Source of the DNA: the human T2T-CHM13v2.0 reference genome, Homo sapiens
NCBI RefSeq assembly: GCF_009914755.1
Contig: NC_060941.1
DNA: 64,000 nt
Reading direction: 5' to 3' (one strand)
Below the pieces are notes generated by a model. It was not told the DNA's origin. It saw nothing but the letters and a program-made list of their open reading frames with translations, and searched no databases. Positions 1 to 12,116 of the stretch are shown here, piece by piece. Numbering within the stretch: the first letter of the stretch is position 1; each line of letters begins with the position of its first letter. A program made the translations under genes and the position numbers.

Positions 1-1130
1 GCTGTTGGTTTTTATATAATCACAGTGTACTCCTAGCTCACATTCTATTTGTGGTCAGTTCTGACCCCCACATGTTTTTCTGTGATACTCTTACCTATCC
101 TATATTTGTATTCTTGGATGTAGGTCTTTATAAGCACATTTTCATATTAAGTTTCAACCGTAATTATCATAGCCTTATTTTTTCAATGCATAGGGTCATT
201 TAGAACTTTATTACTGTTTTCCAGAAAAGCAAAACCATACCAAATTTGGGACCCACAAATTTGATGCACACATTCTTGATTTCTTTGTCCAGAATGTCAA
301 TAAATAAGCTGAACAGACTGGTCCTCAGGACCAATCCCTACTGGACCATCACTCAATATGTCTACTATTTATTCACCATCTCCATTATCTACAAATCTTC
401 CACCCAGATATTCAGCTTGTTAAAAGCAACGTAGTCCAGATTCTACTTTTCTGAGGTTATACAGTGAAACAGATTATACTGGAGACTTCTCTCTGGTCTT
501 GTTCTATTGCTATAATAAATTAAGGTAATCTGTATGATTTGCTCTCACAGAACCATGTTGACTCCTCTTCAGTGTCTCAAGATTTCCTGGATGACTGCAA
601 ATTGATTGTTTGATGGTTCTTTCTCATTTTTCCTAAAGATCAATAAGTTGGTGGTCTTTAATTACTAGGGTCGTTCCGTGTTTCTCCCCTTCCTGTTTCA
701 AAGACAGCCATATTTGTCCTTTTCTGGTCTTTAGGGACTTCTCCAGTTCTCCATGACTTCTCAAAAGTAATGACCTGTGAGTCTGTAGCCACATCTGTTT
801 GTCTAGCAAGTATCCCAAGGTGCATATCATCAAATTCAGTGAATTTGAATACTTCCATTTTTCCTTCCCTCATTAACAATTTCTCTTCCTTTGATTAGTG
901 TTCATTTCCCAAATTCCACCTTGACTGAATTTATTGTAGTCAACTACTTACTTGTGATCTAGGCTGAAGAGACAGGATAGAAGACATTAAAAAGTTCAGC
1001 CTTATCCATCCTGATATTAATAATAATTGCTTCTTGATCGTGAGATCAAATTTTTTTTCTAGCCTATTCTTTTGGCCAAGTGATCTTTTAAAAAATTGTT
1101 TAGATTTTGCTTTTCTGCACATGCTCATTA
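1..1130 (-). mobile_element. Ancient CR1/L3 LINE fragment (degenerate reverse transcriptase)
   Basis: Minus-strand translation gives FEKSWRTGEVPKDQKRTNMAVF...DPSN (CR1 RT: FEKSWRTGEVPEDWKRANVVPIF...DPGNYRP), SQHG near 555-565 and a decayed GVPQGSVLGP region near 300-350; boundaries approximate. Confidence 0.75.
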
Positions 1131-1369
1131 GATGTTTCTCCCAGTTGTGACCATTCTTATTCTATCCCTCTTCTACTATTCCCTTATGTTCTGTTTAAGG
1201 CATCTGTCCTAATTTTCCACACGTTGTGTACCTATTTTATACAGAAAAGTACTGGGTACTAAGGACACAAAGCAATGAAAAACATAGCCTTACCATTAAT
1301 TTCACAGTTTAGTTCAAGAAAATAACACGAAAGAAAAATATAAGTACTCCTTCTGCTGTATGCCTACAC

Positions 1370-1530
1370 TGCCTCTATTATAAAACTGATTTCAATATAT
1401 TGTGATCATCTGTTTACTTCTCCTTTTTGACCTCCTCAAAAGTAGGGATGACATCATATTCATCTGAAACCCCAATGTCTCACATGGTGCCTGACACATT
1501 AGAGGGACTCAATATGTGTTTGATAAAGGA
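1370..1530 (+). mobile_element. L2 LINE 3' end fragment
   Basis: cacatggtgcctgacacattagagggactcaatatgtgtttg resembles the L2 3' terminus. Confidence 0.55.
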
Positions 1531-1754
1531 TGAGACAGAGGAGACAATGTACAATAACATCTGCTAGATGTTGCAGATGGTTAATTCTACAGAGGAAAGA
1601 TCACTCCTCTAGAGTATGATGGTCAAGGAAGATCCCATACTTTTCCATTCCATATAGAATTCTATAGACATTTCAATGTTTGTTTTCTCACCTTCCCTGA
1701 ATTTAATGGTAGAGTTGATTCCCTTTACCTTACCCTTTTAAATATTTTCATTAG

Positions 1755-1921
1755 TATTATTTTAATTGACAAGTTATATTTGGATATAGTTGTGGGGTAC
1801 AAAGTGATGTTTTGATATATGTATACAATGTAGAATGACTGAATCAAGCTAATTAACATATCCATCACCTCACTTACTTATCATTTCTTTGTGGTAAGGC
1901 ACCTGAACTTTACTCTCTTAG
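1755..1921 (-). mobile_element. L1MA-type 3' end fragment
   Basis: tttttaattgaca...ggggtacaaagtgatgttttgatatatgtatacaatg...aattaacatatccatcacctca, typical of antisense L1MA 3' UTR. Confidence 0.75.
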
Positions 1922-1991
1922 TTGTTTAACCCTTGTTTTTTTGAAAACCAGGATATGCTCCTACTTACAGGAAACTTTCTCCTATACTAAG

Positions 1992-2350
1992 TGTATTAGT
2001 CCATTTTCACACTGCTATAAAGAACTACTTGAGACTGGATAATTTATGAGGAAGTTTAATTGAATCACAGCTCTGCAGGCTTAACAGGAAGCATGCCTGA
2101 GAGGCCTCAGTAAACTTACAATCACGGCAGAAAGTGAAGGGGAAGCAAACACGTCTTACCATGGCAGAGCGGGAGAAAGAGAGTGAGGCAGGAAGTGCCA
2201 CACACTTTTAAACCATCAGATCTTGTGAGAACTCACTATCATGAGAACAGCAAGGAGGAAATCCACACCCATGACCCAGTTACCTCCCACGAGGCCCCTC
2301 CGCCAATTGAACATGAGATTTGGGTGGGGACACAAATCCAAACCATATTA
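1992..2350 (-). mobile_element. MSTA/THE1-type MaLR solo LTR
   Basis: Starts tgtattagtccattttcacactgctataaagaac, ends gatttgggtggggacacaaatccaaaccatatta; 5-bp TSD ctaag/ataag. Confidence 0.88.
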
Positions 2351-2599
2351 ATAAGTTACCTGACTCGTCACTCCTAACTTTGTGTCACAACCCCCACTGC
2401 CCAAATGTAAAAGTTTTACCTACTGATGTGGAGGGATGGTATCTGAATTTTGTAATTATTCGTTATCTGAGTCCCTGCAGTTGTATAGAGAATCAAAAGT
2501 CACAACCCAAATAGTTCACTGGAGAACTGACCACACAAAAAACAAGATTCCATTCAAACATCCCTGTACTTAACTTGGTTGACACTTACTATTGAATCA

Positions 2600-3230
2600 A
2601 CAGCTTTGTTCAGTCTCTGCTGCTTTTGGAATATTATGATGTGACAATATAATGCAAATTCAATGAAAATCCATTACAGGGCAAAATTTAAAATCTTGTA
2701 AAAGATACAGAATTCAGTGAAGCTGATGATGTAGAGACCTAATCAAATAACATGCAAAGCCACTGACAACTGAGAATCTAGAAGTGGTAGACCAGTTAAG
2801 GATTTGAAAAACATAACACAAGCAAGGATTTCATAAGAGTGTGACTTGAATATCAACATTTTTTAAAAGATGCCTGGAAAAAAATGTGAAGACTTCAAAT
2901 ACTTTTATAAACATTATCTTCTTCGTGGTTGCATTGTAAAAGTCAAATATAAGTAGTATCATTTTAGCTATCATACAATTTAATTTTAAAAATCAAGCCA
3001 AAAAATAACCAGTGCTTGATTCATTCTTTCTTCATTCTCAGAATTAGTGCGTAATTATAGCTACAACTTAAATGTTAACATAAAATTCAATAAACCTCTT
3101 GGCAGTACCTTTTTAATTTTCAAGATAAGGAACCTACTTACTATAAAATTTGGATTCTATTTTAAATCATTTTTCTTAAACGACTTTTCCATTTTAACAA
3201 TCCAGAAATTACAACGCTTCCTTAACTGTT
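2600..3230 (+). mobile_element. Tigger/pogo-family DNA transposon remnant (transposase C-terminus)
   Basis: Decayed translation FSEADDVE...HAKPLTTENLE (~2713-2783) and K*PVLDSFF (3003-3029) resemble pogo/Tigger C-termini; ends uncertain. Confidence 0.5.
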
Positions 3231-3627
3231 CTGTCAGCTTTTACACTTGCAAATATCTGTTTTCTCCCAGCTAAACATTAAAATCTTCAAGGACAGAAAT
3301 TATCAACTCAATTTTTCTTTATTAGCTGCTTCCACCACCACCTATTCCCAAACACAACTCACACACCTACACTGGCACAGAAATCTTAGGCAAATAAGCA
3401 TATAGAATATATTAAAAACTGATTACCTGGCCAAGAATTCTGCTGAAGGTAAGAGTAGCTGTACCACTATTTCCCCAGCATTCATGGTATACCTGAGGTT
3501 TCTCACCTAATTACTTAGTGACAGCTCCTTTCATTCATGACAAGCCTTCCTTAGAAAGGAAAAGGTTTTGAGATTGCCCTTCGAGTTGTTTTCTTGTTTT
3601 CTTTTTTTTTTTTTTTTAACCCTACAG

Positions 3628-3794
3628 GATATTCTATCCTATCACAAAAGGAGTCATCAGCGTCTCTTTCCTGGATTATATCTGGGTTACCTAAAGCTCT
3701 GTAGCTCTGTGGATCAAATCAAAGTTCTTGTTACCCAAAAGTTGCCCAACATTCTCTGCCACGTGAAGATCCGTGAAAACAATAATATTTCTAG
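3628..3794 (+). CDS. ANKFN1: ANKFN1 coding exon A (DILSYHKRSHQRLFPGLYLGYLKLCSSVDQIKVLVTQKLPNILCHVKIRENNNISR)
   Basis: Poly-T tract + ctacag acceptor (3626-27), AG|gtaagt donor at 3795; 167 nt, phase 0 to 2; peptide recognised as ANKFN1. Confidence 0.95.
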
Positions 3795-3906
3795 GTAAGT
3801 GATCAGGAGTTAAGATTTTCCTTGTGATGAAACAGTGGCTCAAGTGACCAGCTTGATGTGCCAGAAGGAAACTGAAGTGTTACTTCCAGGGCAGTTTTTA
3901 TGGTGA

Positions 3907-4378
<472 letters not shown>

Positions 4379-6807
4379 TAAAACCACTGATGTTCAATCG
4401 GTTAATGAACAGCTGACCTTTTCTTTCAACACTGCTATTTCCAGTATATTTTCTTTATAATCTAAAACAGCCATGTTCTTTTTGCTTTCTGTTTTTAAAT
4501 ATCGCCTACAGGAATGGGTTTCATAGAGCCAATGATTCCCCCGATCTTAAAAAATCTCCTCACCCTCATTCTCCCTAACTCTAACCCTCTGGCCTGAGGA
4601 CCTTGTATGTTTTCTACAACCCTTATAATTCTCTATGGAAGAAAAGAAGTAACAAGGCCCGAGCTTCTGGAAACTTGCTCTACAGTTTGGCATTTGGTGA
4701 ATTACCCTGTTAGCTTTGGGAAAGTTGCCCAATCTTGGTAATCTGGCTCAACTTTACAACCCTCATAGCAGGCCTCTGAAAGTCTGCTATAATGAACTGA
4801 ATTGTGCTCAACATAAAAAAAGAAAGAGAAGAAAAGAAAAAAAGGAAAGGAAGGAATAGACAAGAAAAAAAAAAGAAAGAAATTATCCAGAATTCTTCAG
4901 ACCTCAAAGGGCATAAACTAGATACTCCCAAAGAGTATAAACTAGATTCTAGTTACACTCATGGATTTGCTTAGCCAAAGGAGACTCTAATTTGGTCATT
5001 TAAAATGTGACCCCTAAAGTGGCAAGACTTTATCAACTCTAATGTCTCACTAGGTTTCTTAAGTATTGCTTGATGACAATGGAGGAAATGATGATGAGGA
5101 GGAGGAGGGAACTCACTGACTACCATATTCTCTCTTCACTTATCAACTACACCTGGATTTTAAGTCTGCCATCTGGTGGTCATTGCCACAATCAACATTC
5201 GTTATCGCCTCAGTCCTTCCCAAAAGGTTACATTACACTCATCCATTTTCTAGATTTGTGTCTTAAAGGCTTGAACTCTATCTCCTAGTGGTTATACCAA
5301 CTAATTTTCCCTTGCCAAGGATCCAGTTTTCATTTGTACAAAAGATTCCAGTAGCCTTTTCTCTGTCAGTTCCATCTCCTTCATCCTTCTAGCAGAAACT
5401 GATTAGTGGTAGGTGTTTTTACGATATTCCTACCGGTAATTTATTTTCTAACTTGATTACAAACGCTATGTTAGCCACGTTGTCCTTTAGGTTTATGCGT
5501 GCATATGCTAGTCACAAAACTCTCATTTTGTTCCATATCAGTGATGGGAAAAAAGAAACATTTCCCAAGCAGGTTCTCAAAGATTTCAATTATTTGTGAA
5601 GCCAACAGTATGCCCAGATTGAAGTAGGATTTAATTTTGAGGTTTTGTTCTTTTCTTACTGGGACAAAGGGTAAATTTTCCATAGTCTTGTCCAGTGTGA
5701 TACTTGAAATAAAACAGATATCTTGAAAACAGAAACTTTTCTAAGAGGGTAGTTAGTTAAAAGAGAGTAGTTTTTGATGAAAAGCTCATGCCACATTCAA
5801 TTTGGTTTTCTGACCCACAGATTGGAGCCCAGCCTGGTAGAGCCCTTTGGGGAAAGCCTCAGAGAGTTTTCACTAGGGTGGGAACATATGTCAGCACCTC
5901 CTCTCTTTCCATCCCCTGAGAGGAGGGCTTTCCTTTCCTCTCTAGCCTGCTCCTGAGAGCCTACTGCTGCTCCCTGCAGAGTTCGAAGGAGAATCTGGGC
6001 CAACTGAATGTGTTTAGAGACTTGTGCTGAGAGACCTGTGGAAACAATGTTGCCCAAGAGGCATTTACCTTGATCTTTTCAAGCTCCTTTTGAAGAGCAG
6101 CCTTTGGGGGCAAACCAGATGTGCTTTCCTCCCACTGCCATTCTTTTCCCTTCCCTTCTGTGTGACATTTGGAAAAGTTCATTAGGAAGGATTATAGAGC
6201 ATGCAGAATAAAGACACAGATTACTGGTTTGTAAGGAGGATGGAAGCAGTGATATGCATCCCTTGGTTCCTTTTATTGGAATTGTCTGGTATTCCTGTTT
6301 GTGATTCTCCTCAAGCTTTTGGAAGGAGAGAAAAACCAAAATATCCCCCATGATTACAACAGGCCAGGGTTGAAATGTGCCAAGTGGTTTGTTGGCTGAG
6401 TTGGACCAGAGTCCTGTGGTTACTAAACTGCAGAATTAGCCAGTAGATGCCCCTGTGGTAAAACGTAGGATCTTAGAATTTACAGGGGATCTGCAGAGAA
6501 AGAAAAATGAAGACAGTCAGGAAATTATTACAAAATATTTGAGAACCCCAATCTCAAAAACTGATTCATACAAATTAGGCCTACTGTTCTGAGGTATATG
6601 TGGTTTGATAGGTGAACTAAGCTGAAATTAGAAAGAGATCATTTTAAGCTCCATTTGGGTGGCAAAATGTTCAAATTTCATGAATTACACTGAGTTTTAA
6701 CCACCAAGCATTGGTTATCCAGGTTCTGGACACATACACTAAGAAAGTTCTGAGCTGTGTTCTGAACTTTTGTTATATTTCTAATTTTAACTTGACTCAA
6801 CATACAG

Positions 6808-6958
6808 AGAGGAATGGGAATGGATCCAAAAGCTTTCTGGCTCTGAATCTATGGAAAGTGTGGATCATACTTCTGACTGCCCCATGCAATTGTTCTTCTA
6901 CGAGCTCCAGATGGCAGTGAAAGCTCTCCTTCAGCAGATCAATATACCTCTACACCAG
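6808..6958 (+). CDS. ANKFN1: ANKFN1 coding exon B (EEWEWIQKLSGSESMESVDHTSDCPMQLFFYELQMAVKALLQQINIPLHQ)
   Basis: catacag acceptor, CAG|gtacta donor; 151 nt; first base completes the AG-A (Arg) codon from exon A; frame open. Confidence 0.93.
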
Positions 6959-7026
6959 GTACTAGACTTTACCATTTTTATCTTCTTTTTTTATGGCTCA
7001 TGGAAACTGCATTGTAACATTAAGTG

Positions 7027-7028
<2 letters not shown>

Positions 7029-7061
<33 letters not shown>
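7029..7061 (+). repeat. (GT)16 microsatellite
   Basis: Direct reading; 70 nt downstream of exon B donor. Confidence 0.97.
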
Positions 7062-7064
<3 letters not shown>

Positions 7065-7627
7065 TTTCCTTTACTTAAACACCACTTTGCAAGTGCATGC
7101 ACATTTTGAATTAATGCCCACAGGTAGACACAGCCTGCGCTTCTGTTCCTTTCCTCCAGCTCCTCTGTGTTGGACCTCTTTCACATTTTCTGGACCCCAC
7201 TGTACTATGGTCTGGTCAGCAAAAAAAAAAAAAAAAAAAAAATCAATGGCTAGTCTACCTTAAAAGACAACCAGGCTCAGCTTCAAGATAGCATAAAGCA
7301 AAGAGAACATATAAATAAAGGTGTACTCACATGTACAAATGATTTCTCTAAGAATAGAAGGATAATGGTGGTATAATCTACAGCAATGTCCCAAGGATAT
7401 GCCATGCTATTTTTTCTCAGAGAACTTTCTGTCAAAATTATTGTTGTATCTAAATCAAAATGTACAAATCTAACCTCCACTAATAAGCAACTTCAAGAAA
7501 AACTGTTGGCATAAAGGAGAATAGTAAAACTTTTTTAGGCTCTGCCCAATAGGTTAACATGAGGTAGCATTATTTAATTTTTTTGGCGGGGGGACCTATG
7601 TTCATCAATCCTGCCTCCCTCCCCAAA

Positions 7628-7658
<31 letters not shown>

Positions 7659-7666
7659 CACACACA
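7628..7666 (+). repeat. (AC)n microsatellite, one interruption
   Basis: Direct reading. Confidence 0.97.
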
Positions 7667-8495
7667 TAATGAACCAAGTTTAGCCTGTAAACTGGGAGAC
7701 CATTAGAGGAGCGACTGGCTCTCTTTAAATACGAGAGAGAACCATGAATTGGCCTCTAACCCATGGAGGCAGGGGAATAAATTAGAGTTCTAAGAATGTC
7801 CTTCCATTGGGGTGCTCTTTCGATTTTAAGTCTAAAACAGCCAACGCTAATGAAGACTAAATTGCACAAGATGCCATAAAGACAATAGAGAAGCAACTGG
7901 ATTATTCTAAAGGTGGCCGTGTGTTCACTAGGAGAAAAAAAAGTAAGAGCTCCACTTGTGACACTAGATACTATTAAAGCGTTTCTTGGACTTAGCAGGT
8001 TTGAAGCAGCTCATATTTCATTGGTGACTCTTGGGCTACATATACATGTTGGGAGAAGGCTGCCTAACTGCCTAACAGTGCATACAACTTTTTTTTTTTT
8101 TGGATACTTGTAAAATTTTCTCAGTCCTTGGCCAGAAACTACGTTTTTCCCCCTTAACCAACTTAAATTGAAACTAGTGGATTTTTAATTCAATCCATTT
8201 TTGTTGCTTCATGTAATTATAGTCATCATTTTGAAAAGCCCACAGAATGCAATCATTTTCTGCTTTTATAAGAAGCATAAATGTTGTTTTCAGAGTTTAT
8301 GTGGAACATTACTGCCTTAAATCTTGATTTTATATAGCATTATTAAATGGGCTGAACCCTAATATTTATGTTGTATAAAAATTCCAAGCTTGAAGTTGTG
8401 TAATTTTGTGAGATGTTTTATGCCAGTTTGGTGTTGTTTATGTAAGTGCCATGTTGTAACTCTCCTATTTTTCCTCCGCGCGTGTCCCTCTGCAG

Positions 8496-8664
8496 GCAAG
8501 GAACTTCCGCCTCTACACACAGGAGGTGTTGGAAATGGGTCACAATGTGTCCTTTCTTCTCCTGCTCCCTGCCTCAGACGACGTCTGTACAGCCCCAGGA
8601 CAGAATAATCCTTACACCCCACACTCAGGGTTTCTTAACCTCCCTCTTCAGATGTTTGAACTTG
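8496..8664 (+). CDS. ANKFN1: ANKFN1 coding exon C, spliced form (ARNFRLYTQEVLEMGHNVSFLLLLPASDDVCTAPGQNNPYTPHSGFLNLPLQMFEL)
   Basis: ccctctgcag acceptor; TTG|gtatag donor at 8665; 169 nt, phase 0 to 1; this frame is absent from the ORF track and was translated by hand. Confidence 0.93.
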
Positions 8665-8687
8665 GTATAGTAGCTTGTTTCACCTAG
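8665..8687 (+). CDS. ANKFN1: Read-through extension of exon C: short-isoform C-terminus GIVACFT*
   Basis: In-frame ggt ata gta gct tgt ttc acc tag; matches my recollection of the shorter annotated ANKFN1 protein end. Confidence 0.82.
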
Positions 8688-8710
8688 AAATATTAACCCA
8701 GCCTCCTTAT

Positions 8711-8765
8711 AATAAAATCACAAAGTTATATCTGTTCCCCCTTGTCCCAGTGGAGGGTCAATAAA
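8711..8765 (+). terminator. Intronic polyadenylation signals (AATAAA at 8711-8716 and 8760-8765)
   Basis: Two canonical hexamers starting 24 and 73 nt after the TAG of the read-through isoform. Confidence 0.75.
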
Positions 8766-8992
8766 TCACATGATGGCTTTGGCAACAACCCTTCCTAGAA
8801 CTGTGTACAAGTCTGAGAAAAAGCAAAGCTCCAAGACTATGTGCCTGAGCAATAATTATTGAAACCTAGCAAAGGCCCAATGGAGAAGAAGGAATTCTAA
8901 ACAGAAAGTTCAGTTATCAGGCTGGACTTCTTGCCTCCCTTCTGCTTTCTTAAAACGTAAATATAAAAACCGATGTTTTCATGAAAAGCACT

Positions 8993-9095
8993 GCCCCTTC
9001 TCTCTCTCTCTCACTCTCTTTTTCCCCTTCCCTCTCTCTCCCCACTTCCTTTCTCTCTCCTTTCCTCCCTTTCTCTCTCACCGTCCCCACATCCC
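8993..9095 (+). repeat. CT-rich low-complexity tract
   Basis: Nearly pure pyrimidine run of ~90 nt. Confidence 0.85.
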
Positions 9096-9944
9096 CAACC
9101 AGAGAAAAAAATAATAATGAAATTTAAATGTAGAGTGCATATCACTTTGGAGGGGAAAAAAGCCTACAATTTTAAGTAGCACTGACTTATTAAATAGACT
9201 CTAAATTTCTGACAGACCATTTGAGAAATGGACAGGATCTCCCAGGATGCAATATTGTGATTATAATGTGGGATTCTGAATGGTGGAAGATCTTGTCCTG
9301 ACTTTCAAAAATGAATAGCCTGGGCTCCAGTTTCTCTACTTTTGCAGAGACCCCTGCTGCCCACTGAGATTGTGAATAGGGAGGCTTTGTCCCCTTCCCA
9401 TGCTTCATCTTGTAACAGGCCAGTAAGAGGCAATTAGCAAGAGTTCGGTCAGTTCAAATGAATTGTACAATTTGCAGGAGGGTGAGTGAGTGGGTGGGTG
9501 GAATGGAGGCAGACCCTCTCTGGATTGCTCCCCAGCCACCAGATTTAGAAGCAGACAAGGCCACTGCCTGATGTCTCATTTGAGCCCTGGGCAACTGCAT
9601 CTGAATTTATCCCTCAAGGATGATATGCTTAAGCCTCTCAGTTTTCCTTGGTCCAAGCACTTCAGATGCCCAAAAACTGATGAACAGCAATTGTTACTTT
9701 CTAGAGGAGGGAGTGTTCTTACAAGAAGCTCAAATCAGACTCGTAGACTGGGACTTGAGAGTCCTGGATTCCCTATTGTGTGACACTGGCAATTGCTTAA
9801 CCTTTCTACACCTTTTCTGTGTCACACAATTAATCACATTGGCCATACCACTCCCAAGAGGCCTGGATGTGAATGTGACCATTTAATGAGTTCCTCAGCC
9901 AAAAAGCATTTTTAGTCTGTAATATAACAACACTGTTTGGGGCA

Positions 9945-10890
9945 GGGTATTTCCATAAGTGTCTATTCGGTGCCCACTGTGGAGATTTAGAGGTGAGTAA
10001 GACAAAGGTTCTTCCCTCAAGGGGCTTTCTTATGGTGGCAGGAGTAAAATGAGAATACAAATTATTACAAAACAAGGTAGAATATGCCAGAAATTGGAAG
10101 TGTTAATATTGAAAAAAAGAAAGCACATTCTCTCAAAGAAGATATGAGAAAGCCTTCATGGAGGGAAGGGTATCTGATGTGGGGTGTTGAAGAACAAACA
10201 GGATGTTAATAAACATAAATAAAAAGAAAACCTTTCTTGTTGGGGGAGTAGAATGAGCAAAAACATGAGAGCAGAAGAATTCAGAAAGAATCGGGAAGAG
10301 AACAAGTGGTCCAGTTTGGCTAGATCAGAGAAATGTGAGGAAAAGGTGGGATGTAAATCTGTACAGACAAGGTGGGGCCATATTGGGCAATATCTCCAGC
10401 ATCAGGCTGAGAAATCTGTTTATGACAGATGGGAAGCAGAGGTCAAAAACTTCAAAGATTATTTTATTCATCCAGTGTTAGGGTAGGAACGAAAATAAGA
10501 AGAAAAAAAAAGAAAGAAATACAGATATTTGAAAAAAAAGAAAAGTTGCCCCAAAGTAGGTAACTATTTAAATGAGAAAGGGAGAAGTCTAAAGAATACT
10601 CTCATTGTTTTCAGCTTCAATGACTATGAGGCTATTGCTCCCTTTATCAGAAGTAAGGAAATCAGAGGGGAAAAAATGGTTTGCTGAAGGAAGTGATGCT
10701 TTTAGCTTTGAATATGTTGAGACTGAAGGTGCTAAGTCAACATCCAAGTGGACATGTTTCACTGGCAGTAGAAACGCAGGAGAGAAATTGGATACTAAAC
10801 ACAGAGATCTGTCCAGTGTCTATTAATAACAGCTGAAGCCATGAAAATGAATGATTTCCCAGGGATATATAATTGACAGAGAAAAGAATT
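9945..10890 (-). mobile_element. L2 LINE fragment
   Basis: Purine-rich degenerate sequence with L2 hallmarks (tttagctttgaatatgttgagactgaaggtgct...catccaagtggacatgt). Confidence 0.6.
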
Positions 10891-11212
10891 AAAGAAAACA
10901 TTTCACTGGAGAGCTAACCAGGATTCCATTCTGTGTTAAACAGTCATTGTTATTCCATGATTACAGGCAAAAATACATGAAATTCATTTCCCCATGCCTC
11001 AATGGCTTTGGTGGGGACAATCTACAACTTGGTATCAATCGTTATAATATACGTGACTCCTAAGGCCCTGAAGGTCCAAGCCATGCAAATATCCTCTCTA
11101 GCCTGTTTCTGTGAGACTCACACACTCTTCTTGAGTAGCCACCCTTTGTCCCACTGTTATTTTTCTTCATTCTATAATTTGGTGAAGTCTGTTAGCATCC
11201 ATTTCTTTTCTT

Positions 11213-11735
11213 GATTCAGTTTTTCATTCATTCATCAATAAATATTCATTGAGTAACCTACTATGTGCCAGGCACTATTCCAGGCACTGAAGAATCAACA
11301 ATGAAAAAAATTCTCAAAGAGCTTACATTCCAGTGGAAGGGACAAATAACAAACCAATCAATAAACCATAATATTGTAAATATCAGAGAAGTGAAGGTCA
11401 TGAAGGAAAATAAATCTGGCTAAGGGACTCAAGTGAAGTAAGCTGCACTTTATACAGCTGGGTGATCTGGGAAGGTCTCTGAAGAAGAAACATTTGAGCA
11501 GAGACCTAATATTTCCAGGCAATGAGAACAGTAAGTGCAAAGGCCTTAGAGTAAGAGTGTGCTTGGCTAAGAGATCAGCATATCTGGAGCATAGTAAGCA
11601 AAAGCAAGAAAGATAGGAGATGAGGTCAGAGAGTCATGGGAGCTAGACCATGCAGGGCCTCACAGGCCATGTTAAGGAATTTTTACTTTAAGTATGTTGG
11701 AAATCCAATGAAGGATTTTGAGTGGTAGAGTAACG
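11213..11735 (-). mobile_element. L2a LINE 3' fragment
   Basis: ttcattcattcatcaataaatattcattgagtaacctactatgtgccaggcact is the antisense L2 3' end. Confidence 0.8.
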
Positions 11736-11927
11736 TATGAAAGGCTCTGCAAAATCCAGTGGTCATCCCCCTAAAAAATAAAAAATTTTAAAAATAATTT
11801 TTTTAAAGCTCAACTTTGTTTAACCCAGCATTTTCCAAATTAATTTGACGATGACTAGAGCAATGTTTTTCATGGGACCTATTAATAATCCATAGAACAT
11901 ATACTTTGGGATGTGATAGCCCTAGAA

Positions 11928-12116
11928 CAGTGCTTCTCAAATTTTAACCTGCATAAGAATCACTTGGAGAGTTTGTTAAAATACAGATTCTTGGAGCCCA
12001 ACCCCAGAGATGCTGAGTCAGTAGGTCCAGCAGGAGGCTGGAAAATTTACATTTCTAGTAAGTTCTCAGGTAATACTAATGCTGCTAATCCATGGACTAC
12101 AATTTAAGTAGTATTG
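11928..12116. mobile_element. MER5A hAT-Charlie MITE
   Basis: cagtgcttctcaaa...gcataagaatcacttggagagtttgttaaaatacagatt...; ~190 bp, matches recalled MER5A. Confidence 0.8.

Noticed and set aside
8359-8670. Three ORF-track entries over exon C
   Set aside because: All are in the wrong frame or strand; the true frame (ARNFRLY...) is defined by splicing
8673-8687. CaaX prenylation motif in the short isoform end (ACFT)
   Set aside because: Cys is third from the end, not fourth
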